Part shown: positions 1-9,206 of the stretch, one piece after another | How the letters are laid out: the number at the start of each line of letters is the position of its first letter | How positions within the stretch are numbered: position 1 is the stretch's first letter | Origin: Promethearchaeota archaeon | GTDB lineage: Archaea > Asgardarchaeota > Lokiarchaeia > Sigyniarchaeales > SOKP01 | Direction of reading: 5' to 3' | Assembly (NCBI GenBank): GCA_018238625.1 | Contig: JABCSY010000042.1 | Location: 1-34,105 of the forward strand | DNA: 34,105 nt | Notes under the pieces: generated by a model | What the model was told of the DNA's origin: nothing | The model's database searches: none | Seen by the model: only the letters and a program-made list of their open reading frames with translations | Position numbers and translations under genes: made by a program

Positions 1-230
1 TTTTTCTTCTCTTTCTTTGTTATAATTGTTTGAGGCATATAATCAATTAACGAATCGGAAGAAGATCCTGGAGGTGTTGCGGTTGGAAAGATTGGGGATC
101 TACCAGTCAATTCTGGTTTGGGTTCAGGGCTAGGTTCAAACGTCATTGAAGCAGGTTGAGGTTTAGGAGTTTCTTCCCTTTTTATTACGCGAAATGGAGT
201 TTGACTTGGAGAACTTTCTATTGGTTTTGC
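1..230 (-). CDS. Partial Pro/Ser/Glu-rich protein fragment, runs off the left edge and has no native 5' end
   Basis: The minus-strand frame is open from 326 to 1 and reads ...KPIESSPSQTPFRVIKREETPKPQPASMTFEPSPEPKPELTGRSPIFPTATPPGSSSDSLIDYMPQTIITKKEKK. The part above ~230 is only the antisense of the UbiA gene. Not in the ORF track. Confidence 0.55.
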
Positions 231-891
231 CACTTTAATATTAGCCGTATTATCCGGAATAATTGTTGTTTCAATTATCTTTTTCGTTCCAAATTTAAAT
301 TTTATTATAATGATAATATTAATCATTATTACAGGACAATTATATAATCATATCTTTAAAAACTACGCTTTTATTGATATCCTCGTATTGGCATTAAATT
401 ATTTATGGAGAGCTTTAGCAGGTTGCCTTTTGATTAATGTATTCATTTCTGCGTGGTTATTTTTAGCAATTTTTGAAGTCGCTCTTTTTTTAGTAATAGC
501 TAAAAGAAAAGGAGATTTATTATTACTTGGTAAAGATAAAGCAATTGAACATAAAAAGAGTTACGACCAATATTCCACTAAATTATTGGAACAATTACAT
601 TTAATGATTGCAAGTTCTTTATTTATAACTTATTCTCTTTATCTTATATTAACATTTTACCCAGTCGAAGCTCCTATAATTCTACAAGAATATATAGTGA
701 TTTTTACGATTCCTATTTCCCTCTATATTATTATGCGGTTTATGTATTTAACTTCCTCTAAACCTGAATTAGCAAGGAGAACTGAGAAAGCCTTTTTCGA
801 TAAAGGCATAATTATCTCGGGGATTTTACTTTATTTGATCCTTTTTTCCTCATGTTATTATGATGTTCTTGTGGGATTATTTGGTGGTTAA
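205..891 (+). pseudogene. UbiA-family prenyltransferase (decaprenyl-phosphate phosphoribosyltransferase-like), 5'-truncated
   Basis: The frame extends upstream of ORF 310 to a TGA at 202-204 and reads LGELSIGFATLILAVL..., the end of the RPxASGxxS motif. It also has YNHIFKNYAFIDILV, WRALAG and KRKGDL motifs. The N-terminal third, with the first Asp-rich motif, is absent. Confidence 0.7.
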
Positions 892-1242
892 GATAATAGC
901 AAGCTTTAAAAAGTCTAATTACCAATATTTTTTGAATAGTTGTTGTTATTAATCATGTCAGCAATTATTTAATCGGGATATTCCGAATTGAGAACTGATG
1001 TAATCGGATAGGAAGATAATATTGAGGTCTACTTTTTTGAAAGTGAATATCTTTAAATATAAGCTACAAATAACAATCTCTATGATTATTTACAAAGGAG
1101 ACCCAAAAAACGCGAAAAATTAGCACCTTTAACGATTTACCGCTAAAAATATTAATTCTTAATGATTTAAAGGCATTTCCTATGTATCTTTTATTTTTTA
1201 ATTTTTGTAGCAAAGCTAAAAATAACAAATGATAAAAAAAAT

Positions 1243-1260
1243 GAAAAAACTTATAAGTTT
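1243..1260 (+). promoter_or_regulatory. BRE/TATA-like promoter of the SBP gene, inside a 14-bp palindrome
   Basis: A-rich gaaaaaac followed by TTATAA; aaacttataagttt (1247-1260) is a perfect palindrome 74 nt before the ATG. Confidence 0.45.
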
Positions 1261-1333
1261 CCAAAATCAAGTAGATACTTAACTATAAATCTAAAAAAAT
1301 AAAAATTAAAAAATAAAATAAAGTGATTAAAAT

Positions 1334-3037
1334 ATGGAAAAAAAAAATATCGCAATTACTGTCTTAATCGTTGCATTGGTAGCCTCTGGAGTAGGCAATA
1401 TTGTACTCGTTATTATTGGTTCGGCAGAACTTCCACCTAGTAGGAGTGATGCCTATATAAGATCCACTAGTTCTGGCCCACACACATTAGAAATCACAGA
1501 TTCTTGGGATAGTGCATCCAATGATGTACTTGAACAAGTGGTTGAAACACTATTCGCTTGGGATTTAACTGATACAGATTTACCTAGGATTAATTTGCTT
1601 GCTGAATCTTACTTTTGGGAAAACTTAACTACTCTTCACATAAAATTGAGGGAAGGTGTTCTTTTCCATGATGACACTTCTTTTAATGCTGTTGCAGCTA
1701 AATGGAATTTGGATAGATTACAATACATGATAAATGCTACTGGATTGAATACTAATGAAGTTGCTCATACTCAATGCTTATGGATGTTCCCTAATGGAAT
1801 AACCCCTATCATGAACAACACAGCCACCGTAGGAGATTATAATATCACTATTACTCTCAATGGTGCTTATGCTCCTTTCATGAGCGCTTTAACTTACATT
1901 AATGCTGGTATGATCTCTCCAACAGCTCACGCTACGGATGAAACAACTTTTATCCCTCTCACTACTGGAGATGTAATTGGAACTGGACCTTTTACCTATG
2001 ATAGTTTCACCCCTAATGTAGAAGTGAGGCTGAGTCGCTGGAATGATTACTGGATGCGAGATCTCACAGGTGCCTCTGTGATAGCTCACTTCCATACGGT
2101 AGTCTACGCTATCTATAGTGACGCGGTCACGGCCCACAACGCTTTTATAGGCTATACAATTGATGCAAACGCTATGGCTTCAGATCAAAATCTAGAGTTC
2201 TATGATACTGATCCTAAACTTCATGTTGAAAGATTACCTACCGCAAGTTTAGTTTACCAATATTTGGGATTCAACAACAAGAAATATAATGTAACTTGGA
2301 GAGAAGCCATGTCCTATGCTATTAACTACACTTATGTAATTGATGAAATGAGACTAGGGAACGCTTATAGAGCAGTTAGCCCTATTTCGCCTGGTTTTGG
2401 TGCTGCATATAACGCGTCCGTTCTCGCCCTCGCTCCTGTCTATGATATCGATCATGCACGCTCTGTTATGCAATCAATGGGATTTGGTGTTGGTTTTTCA
2501 GATGCAGATTGGATAGCCCAAGCAGAAGGTACATCTCCGTTCCTTTCAGTTCCAAACACCTATAATACAGGAAATAGCTTTAGAGAAAACATGTTTGTTG
2601 CGTTAAGTTCTTGGTTTAAACTAATCGGTATTTATGTAGAGGATGATGGTGTAACCTGGGATGAGTTCCTTAACTACTTATTTGATGATTTCGACCACTT
2701 AGGTGTTTTCGCTATTGGGTGGGCTCCGGATTATCTCGATCCATTCAATATGATAGATCCATTATTTAACCCAGTATCAGGTTCAAACTCAGGTCAAGTC
2801 AACGACACGTATTTAATGGATCAATTGGAATTAGCATTAGCCGAAACGGATGATGAAACAAGAAACGACATCTATAAAAATATTCAATCGTATATGGCTA
2901 CAGAAGGATTCTTCCACATGCCTCTCTATCATTCGAAAGTAACAAGCTGTCACGGTGCAAACATCTATGGTGTACCTTACAATGCAATGGGCACTTTGCG
3001 AATCTTTCCAATGTACCGTGGTCTTTATCCAGCATAA
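1334..3037 (+). CDS. dppA: Peptide/nickel ABC transporter substrate-binding protein (family 5, DppA/OppA-like)
   Basis: N-terminal membrane anchor, LREGVLFHDDTSFNA, IGTGPF, REAMSYAINY and GWAPDYLDP motifs; lies upstream of dppBCDF. Confidence 0.93.
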   Translation: MEKKNIAITVLIVALVASGVGNIVLVIIGSAELPPSRSDAYIRSTSSGPHTLEITDSWDSASNDVLEQVVETLFAWDLTDTDLPRINLLAESYFWENLTTLHIKLREGVLFHDDTSFNAVAAKWNLDRLQYMINATGLNTNEVAHTQCLWMFPNGITPIMNNTATVGDYNITITLNGAYAPFMSALTYINAGMISPTAHATDETTFIPLTTGDVIGTGPFTYDSFTPNVEVRLSRWNDYWMRDLTGASVIAHFHTVVYAIYSDAVTAHNAFIGYTIDANAMASDQNLEFYDTDPKLHVERLPTASLVYQYLGFNNKKYNVTWREAMSYAINYTYVIDEMRLGNAYRAVSPISPGFGAAYNASVLALAPVYDIDHARSVMQSMGFGVGFSDADWIAQAEGTSPFLSVPNTYNTGNSFRENMFVALSSWFKLIGIYVEDDGVTWDEFLNYLFDDFDHLGVFAIGWAPDYLDPFNMIDPLFNPVSGSNSGQVNDTYLMDQLELALAETDDETRNDIYKNIQSYMATEGFFHMPLYHSKVTSCHGANIYGVPYNAMGTLRIFPMYRGLYPA

Positions 3038-3063
3038 AGTAAAAATAATAAATAAATTCTATC

Positions 3064-3073
3064 TTTTTTTTTT
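3064..3073 (+). terminator. Archaeal oligo-T terminator after the SBP gene
   Basis: T10 run 26 nt after the stop codon. Confidence 0.5.
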
Positions 3074-3173
3074 AATATTATCTTATCTTAAGATCCATTT
3101 GGTGATGCTCTTCTTCAAATCAAATAGTAAATATCTAAATAAACTGAGAACCCATAAAAGAGATCTAGCTCCT

Positions 3174-4004
3174 ATGGGATTTTATTTTGATATTATTTCT
3201 ACTGATATATTTCAAATACCAATCCTTCCAATTCCTATGAGAATTGATAAATTATCTAATGGCGAACCTACATTACTTATCACTCCAAATCGGGAAAAAT
3301 TAGAGAAGGTGTTTAAAAGATTTAATTTAACCATCAACTTCCATCTCTTTTACACTATAGGAATTAAAAACTTACTTAATTATGCCAACTTAAAACAAAA
3401 AGAACTAACCTTAAGAGGTTTAGATAGTGATAAAATAAGAAAATGGTGGGAAGCATCAAACAACATTTCTGCATTCAACCCTGATTTGGATGAATCCTTC
3501 ACTTTTATCACCTCCCAATTTCTTAAAACCTATTCTTATATTGACAAGAATAACCTCGATCCAACACAAAATAAAGATGAATACAAGAATAAATTAATCG
3601 AATACTGTGATTCTATCATTAAGTATTTCCGAAATAAGATTGAAAAGAACATCTTTTTCATTAAAAATGAAGAGAAAATTGAAATGGAAAAGTTATATTT
3701 AGAACGAAAACAAAAATATTACCCTTTAGCAATAAAAATCCCCGTATATGATTTAGCTACTAATAGTACTTCTGAAATGGGTTTTGTACCATATTTAATT
3801 TACGATGATCTATTAGATAGTTTTTGTTATAACAAAAAGCTTTTAAAAACTGACATGGATGATACGATAAATTTAAAAGTTTACGAAGATAATGAAATAA
3901 TTATTAGAACATTTAATATTGATGACATTAGAACAAAGTCATCTAAAATAGAGCTTAAAAATATTAATATAAAAGAAATATTAAATGGATTGAAAATTTA
4001 TTGA
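3174..4004 (+). CDS. Hypothetical soluble protein (276 aa) embedded in the peptide ABC cluster
   Basis: Long open frame. The ORF-track start at 2955 overlaps dppA and its terminator, so the in-frame ATG at 3174 (MGFYFDII...) is more plausible. No recognisable motif. Confidence 0.8.
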   Translation: MGFYFDIISTDIFQIPILPIPMRIDKLSNGEPTLLITPNREKLEKVFKRFNLTINFHLFYTIGIKNLLNYANLKQKELTLRGLDSDKIRKWWEASNNISAFNPDLDESFTFITSQFLKTYSYIDKNNLDPTQNKDEYKNKLIEYCDSIIKYFRNKIEKNIFFIKNEEKIEMEKLYLERKQKYYPLAIKIPVYDLATNSTSEMGFVPYLIYDDLLDSFCYNKKLLKTDMDDTINLKVYEDNEIIIRTFNIDDIRTKSSKIELKNINIKEILNGLKIY

Positions 4005-4014
4005 GTAGGATATT

Positions 4015-4503
4015 ATGAAGTTCACAAAAATTGAATTTGCACGGCAAACCAACTTCTTATTGGCGCTATTGTTTATCCACTTCGCATTTTTTGGTTATTT
4101 GTCAAATGTTTATCAAAAAAGTATCGGAGAGGGTGTTTTATTTTTATATCAAGTAATGTTTCATCCCCAATCATATTTTGCATTGATTATCCTCGTTGCG
4201 ATAGTGTTTCTAATGGCGTTTAGGGAAAACTTTTTTGAATATGGAATTCGAAATAGTATATGGTTAGTTCCCTTTATTGTGGTTCAATCATGGATTTGGT
4301 ATTTTTTTGTATCTTATGATGTTAACTTAATGTGGTATGAAAATTTCGATATTACCGTAATAGGGGGATACTTCTTAAGATTAGAAAGCTATATTACGAT
4401 ATTAACTTTATTAGGGATAAATGTTTCGGCAGCTATCTTAGCTGCAATTACTAGGGAAAAATATAATTCAATTAAAATGCGAATTAAAAAGATTGAGGTT
4501 TAA
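4015..4503 (+). CDS. Hypothetical 4-TM membrane protein, closely coupled to dppB
   Basis: Four hydrophobic segments; 10 nt after the previous stop and 9 nt before dppB. Confidence 0.8.
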   Translation: MKFTKIEFARQTNFLLALLFIHFAFFGYLSNVYQKSIGEGVLFLYQVMFHPQSYFALIILVAIVFLMAFRENFFEYGIRNSIWLVPFIVVQSWIWYFFVSYDVNLMWYENFDITVIGGYFLRLESYITILTLLGINVSAAILAAITREKYNSIKMRIKKIEV

Positions 4504-4512
4504 ATTTAAATA

Positions 4513-5547
4513 ATGAGTCTATTAAAATATATTATAAGAAGATTATTAGTAGCCATTCCTGTTATATTTGGTGTAATGACGCTTGTTTTTGTATTATCAA
4601 GGTTTATGCCAGGTGATCCAGTATTAGCATATCTTCCAGAGGGTAAAATTAATTGGGATCTATATGAGCAATTGTACCAGCAATTAGGCCTAGGTGATCC
4701 CTTATATATTCAATATTTCCGATACTTGGGAGATATAATGGTAGGTAACTGGGGTCAATCATATTCAATCGTAAGAGGTATGCCTGTATGGGATTTAATT
4801 ATGTTAAAATTACCCCGAACTGCGGATATTGCTATTTTTTCAATAATTATCGCAGCAGCGGTTGGAATTAAGACGGGTGTTATTTCGGCAACTCATAGAA
4901 ATAAAGCAAAGGATACAATTTTAAGAGGAATTACGCTACTTGGCGTGGCCTTACCTGTGTTTTTTCTTGGCATGCTGCTCCAGTACACATTAGGTTATAT
5001 GATTAGAATAGATGATGTGGCACTTTTTCCCACAACCGGGTTTAAAACTATAACCTATGAAGATCCCGAATTGGTAACTGGATTTAGAATCATTGATGCT
5101 TTTCTCTCAGGAGAGTATTATATGATTTGGGATTATTTGTATCATTTAATTTTACCGGTGTTTTGTTTAGCTTTCATATCCTTGGCATCAATAGTGAGGC
5201 AAACCCGCTCGAGTATGCTTGAAATTCTTGAACAAGATTACATAAGAACCGCTCGAGCGAAAGGCTGTAAAGAAAGGGACGTTATTAATACACACGCTAA
5301 AAAAAATGCGATGATTCCGGTCGTTACTATTCTCGGTTTAGGTTTTGGGTCATTGCTAACAGGTGCAGTCCTTACCGAAACTACATTTGGATTAGCTGGA
5401 ATGGGAGAGTTATTGATTTTATCTATTCGAAATTCTGATTATTGGGTATTAAACGGGTTAGTCTTTTTCTTTGCATTAGTTTTTATTTCTGTAAATTTAA
5501 TTACAGATGTAATATATGGTGTTTTAGATCCACGAATAAGATATTGA
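4513..5547 (+). CDS. dppB: Peptide ABC transporter permease DppB/OppB
   Basis: YIIRRLL..IPV, PGDPV, the EAA-loop region QDYIRTARAKG and C-terminal LDPRIRY. Confidence 0.96.
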   Translation: MSLLKYIIRRLLVAIPVIFGVMTLVFVLSRFMPGDPVLAYLPEGKINWDLYEQLYQQLGLGDPLYIQYFRYLGDIMVGNWGQSYSIVRGMPVWDLIMLKLPRTADIAIFSIIIAAAVGIKTGVISATHRNKAKDTILRGITLLGVALPVFFLGMLLQYTLGYMIRIDDVALFPTTGFKTITYEDPELVTGFRIIDAFLSGEYYMIWDYLYHLILPVFCLAFISLASIVRQTRSSMLEILEQDYIRTARAKGCKERDVINTHAKKNAMIPVVTILGLGFGSLLTGAVLTETTFGLAGMGELLILSIRNSDYWVLNGLVFFFALVFISVNLITDVIYGVLDPRIRY

Positions 5548-5571
5548 TTTATAAAAATGAGGTAAAATATT

Positions 5572-6603
5572 ATGCAAAAAGAAATAGTTGATAAGACCAT
5601 TTTTGAAGAGGAAAGTCAATTTAATAGTGTAAAGGAAATTTCTAAAAGGATTTTAAAGTGGACTATTAAAAATTTAAAATTCCTTTTTGTTCCAGCATCT
5701 CGAATAGACGAGTTAACTATTAGAGAATTCGAATATGAAAAGGCCCGAAGTAAGAGAAAATTCATTAGACGATTTAAATCCGTTTTAACTATACTTGGCA
5801 TCGTGTTAGTGCTCTTTATAGCTACATTGGCGGTGTTCCCTCATTGGCTTGCACCTTATACCTTTCAGGAGGCACTTGGTATACTTCCAGGTTCTTGGGG
5901 CCCCCCAACTCCACTAAATCTCTTAGGACAAACTAAATTTGGACGTGATGTCCTCACAAGATTAATCTTTGGAGCAAGAACCTCGTTAACAGTCGCACTT
6001 CCAGCTATAACTTTTAGCGTAACATTTGGAGTTATGATAGGTGTTATCGCCGCATACTACGGAGGATGGGTTGACGCGGTAATCATGAGAATAATAGATG
6101 TTTTTCTAGCTTTTCCCTCTTTAGTACTTGCACTGGTGTTTATAGCCGTTTTAGGTAAAATTTTTGACACTGGACCACTAATTGATTACATTATGCTTGC
6201 TTGGGGGATTCTTGGGGTTCCCTACTATTCGCGTTTGATAAGGGGTAATGTACTTCAAGCTAAAGAGTTACCATATATTAAAGCCGCTAAAGTAGCGGGA
6301 GCTGGAAATGGGAGAATAATGTTTAAGCATATTTTACCTAATGTTATACAACCAATAATTATTTCAGTCACATTTGACATTGGGGGAATAATATTGAGCT
6401 TAGCCGGACTTTCATTCTTAGGTTTTAGTGATTATAGAATGATTGACTGGGGAAACGAGATTAGTATAGGTCGAGCGTATCTCTATATTGCCCCTTGGGC
6501 TTCATTGTGGCCTGGTATCTTCATTTTAATAGCTGTTTTAGGTTTTATGTTGCTAGGCGATGGATTACGTGATGCATTAGATCCTCGATTAAAAAATTTA
6601 TAG
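5572..6603 (+). CDS. dppC: Peptide ABC transporter permease DppC/OppC
   Basis: LGQTKFGRDVLTRLIFGARTSL, YIKAAKVAGA, HILPN and GDGLRDALDPR. Confidence 0.96.
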   Translation: MQKEIVDKTIFEEESQFNSVKEISKRILKWTIKNLKFLFVPASRIDELTIREFEYEKARSKRKFIRRFKSVLTILGIVLVLFIATLAVFPHWLAPYTFQEALGILPGSWGPPTPLNLLGQTKFGRDVLTRLIFGARTSLTVALPAITFSVTFGVMIGVIAAYYGGWVDAVIMRIIDVFLAFPSLVLALVFIAVLGKIFDTGPLIDYIMLAWGILGVPYYSRLIRGNVLQAKELPYIKAAKVAGAGNGRIMFKHILPNVIQPIIISVTFDIGGIILSLAGLSFLGFSDYRMIDWGNEISIGRAYLYIAPWASLWPGIFILIAVLGFMLLGDGLRDALDPRLKNL

Positions 6604-6661
6604 AAGATCATTAATAATACTTTTTAAACATAAATGATATCAAACTGGAGAATAAAAAAAA

Positions 6662-7906
6662 ATGACAGAAAGCGAAAAAATATCACCAACAAATAACGAT
6701 TCACATGATAAATTACTACAAATCAAAAATTTAAAAACATATTTTTATACTGAAGAAGGAGTAGTAAAAGCGGTTGATGGCGTTTCATTCGATATTTTTG
6801 AAAATGAAGTGCTTGGGTTAGTAGGGGAAACTGGTTGTGGAAAATCGGTTACTGCTTTGTCTATATTAAACTTAGTTAGAGCCCCTGGAAAAATAATTGA
6901 AGGTAAGATTTTATTTAAAGATCAAAATTTAATTGAATTAAAAAAAAAGGAAATAAGAGATTATCGTGGAAATAAGATTACTATGATTTTTCAGGATCCT
7001 CTCAATTCTCTCAATCCTGTTATATCGGTTGGGAGACAAGTAGGAGAAACTTTTTTATTACATCAAAAAGAAATACTTAAGGCAGAGTTAGATCGTAGAA
7101 AACTTGAAAGGAAAAAAAAAACTGATGAACGAAAATCACTAAAAAACGATTTGAAAATAAATAAAGAAAGATTAAGTGAAGAAGAAATAGAAGAATTACA
7201 AGCACGGATAGAACAGCTCTCTCAAGAAACTAAACGCTATCCCCAAATGAAAGATGTATTGGATGATTACTCTGCAGATATTATTAAAGAAGTAGGCATT
7301 GCCGACTCAAAAGAGATACTCCAGCGTTATCCTCATGAATTAAGTGGTGGAATGAGACAGAGAATCATGATTGCAATGGCGCTCTCATGTAATCCCGCCT
7401 TATTGATTGCAGATGAACCAACAACCGCTTTAGATGTGACTATTCAAGCACAAATTCTAGAACTTATGAAACTGTTAAAGAAAAAGTTTAAAACTTCAAT
7501 TCTGTTAATAACACATGATCTTGGCGTTATTGCAGAATTATGCGATAGAATAGCGGTAATGTATAGTGGAAACATTGTAGAATACGCAACTGCAGAGGAA
7601 TTATTTAAGAAACCAAGACATCCTTACACACAAGGACTTTTAGGAGCAATTCCAAAAATAGAGAAGAAGGATCAAAAGCTTCAAACTATAAGGGGGATGG
7701 TCCCCAATCTAATATATCCTCCATCAGCTTGTAGGTTTCATCCACGATGTGACTATAGAATGGAAGTATGCGATAAAATCAAGCCTAAACTAATTGAGAT
7801 TAGTGATAAATATTTTATTGCATGCCATTTATTTGACCCAGAATATAAAGACTCTCCTAAATATGAATTAAAAGAAAAAGAAGATTTAGTATCATATCAA
7901 ATTTAA
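6662..7906 (+). CDS. dppD: Peptide ABC transporter ATPase DppD/OppD with a charged insertion
   Basis: Walker A GETGCGKS, signature LSGGMRQR, Walker B LIADEPTT, HPYT and a C-terminal Cys cluster. Confidence 0.96.
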   Translation: MTESEKISPTNNDSHDKLLQIKNLKTYFYTEEGVVKAVDGVSFDIFENEVLGLVGETGCGKSVTALSILNLVRAPGKIIEGKILFKDQNLIELKKKEIRDYRGNKITMIFQDPLNSLNPVISVGRQVGETFLLHQKEILKAELDRRKLERKKKTDERKSLKNDLKINKERLSEEEIEELQARIEQLSQETKRYPQMKDVLDDYSADIIKEVGIADSKEILQRYPHELSGGMRQRIMIAMALSCNPALLIADEPTTALDVTIQAQILELMKLLKKKFKTSILLITHDLGVIAELCDRIAVMYSGNIVEYATAEELFKKPRHPYTQGLLGAIPKIEKKDQKLQTIRGMVPNLIYPPSACRFHPRCDYRMEVCDKIKPKLIEISDKYFIACHLFDPEYKDSPKYELKEKEDLVSYQI

Positions 7907-7939
7907 ATTTTAAATGAATAAAGAAAGGATAATCAGAAA

Positions 7940-9052
7940 ATGACAGAAGTAGAAAAAAACATTACATCCTCTGAAAAGTTTGATATACCAGAAGATTCAA
8001 TAATTTCAGTAAGAAATCTTCAAACCTATTATCCAATTTATGGAGGATTATTTAAAAGACAGATTGGATCTGTAAAAGCGGTTGATGGCGTATCATTTGA
8101 TCTTCGTAAAAAAGAAACTATTGGGTTAGTAGGCGAGAGTGGATGCGGTAAGACGACTATTGGAAATACTATTTTAGATTTGGTCCCTCCAACAGCGGGG
8201 GAAATTTATTATAGAGGTAAATTAATTCAAAGACCTAAATTCAGTTTTGGCAAAAAGACAGAAACCGAGGAGAATATAAACACTATCAGCTTTAATAAAG
8301 ACTTGAGGAAGAAAATACAAATGGTATTTCAAGATCCAGACTCTTCTTTAAATCCACGTTGGAAAATAGTAAACATAATTGGAGAACCACTCAGATTACT
8401 GAGTGGTATAAAGTCAAAAAATGAAATTAGGAGGCGAGTCTTAGAACTATTAGAAACCGTTTCCATGAAATTAGAGCATTTAGATAGATTTCCACATGAG
8501 TTTTCTGGAGGACAAAAACAACGAATTGTTATCGCTCGAGCATTAGCATGCAACCCAGAAGTTATGATATTGGATGAACCAACTTCCGCATTAGATGTAT
8601 CAGTACAAGCACAAATTTTAAATTTACTTAAAGAACTACAGCAGAGATTTAGTTTATCATTTTTATTTATCACTCACGATCTAAGTGTGATACAGCATAT
8701 AGCCAATAAGATTGAAGTAATGTACTTAGGTAAGTTTGTTGAAGGTGGAACCATAGATGAAGTGTTCTACAATCCAACCCACCCATATACGAAAGCACTG
8801 CTTTCAGCAAGACCAACTTTCGATCCGGGTTCAAAAGCAAAAAGAATTATCTTAGAAGGCGACGTTCCTAGTCCAATTAATCCTCCAAGCGGATGTGCTT
8901 TTCATCCAAGATGTTTTGAGAAAGAAAAACACGAGGGATGTCACCTAAACAAACCTGAAAGAGTCGATTTAGGCGGCGAGCATTACATGTATTGTACTCC
9001 TCTAAAAGATGAAAAAAAATCGTATAAAGGAATGGAATACATTTCAGACTAA
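7940..9052 (+). CDS. dppF: Peptide ABC transporter ATPase DppF/OppF
   Basis: GESGCGKT, FSGGQKQR, ILDEPTS, HPYT and PPSGCAFHPRC. Confidence 0.96.
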   Translation: MTEVEKNITSSEKFDIPEDSIISVRNLQTYYPIYGGLFKRQIGSVKAVDGVSFDLRKKETIGLVGESGCGKTTIGNTILDLVPPTAGEIYYRGKLIQRPKFSFGKKTETEENINTISFNKDLRKKIQMVFQDPDSSLNPRWKIVNIIGEPLRLLSGIKSKNEIRRRVLELLETVSMKLEHLDRFPHEFSGGQKQRIVIARALACNPEVMILDEPTSALDVSVQAQILNLLKELQQRFSLSFLFITHDLSVIQHIANKIEVMYLGKFVEGGTIDEVFYNPTHPYTKALLSARPTFDPGSKAKRIILEGDVPSPINPPSGCAFHPRCFEKEKHEGCHLNKPERVDLGGEHYMYCTPLKDEKKSYKGMEYISD

Positions 9053-9206
9053 TCAAATATTTTTCCTTATTAATAATATTATTTTATTATTACTTTTCCT
9101 TTTCAATTTTTGACATTTACTTTTTCTTAAACAGTTTTATTTTATATCAGAAAAGATTAGAAAATTCATAAAAAAAATAAATTATAGAACATTTTTTATT
9201 ATTATC

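Noticed and set aside
202-204. TGA upstream of the UbiA frame as possible selenocysteine or readthrough
   Set aside because: Further in-frame stops at 157, 40 and 31, and the upstream translation is not UbiA-like.
156-347. 63-aa + strand ORF
   Set aside because: It is out of frame with UbiA, spans the junction and has no protein-like features.
1064-1270. 68-aa minus-strand ORF
   Set aside because: AT-rich promoter region of dppA, TTG start and low-complexity F/L/K composition.
2955-3173. N-terminal extension of the 349-aa ORF
   Set aside because: It overlaps the dppA 3' end and its T10 terminator; ATG 3174 is more plausible.
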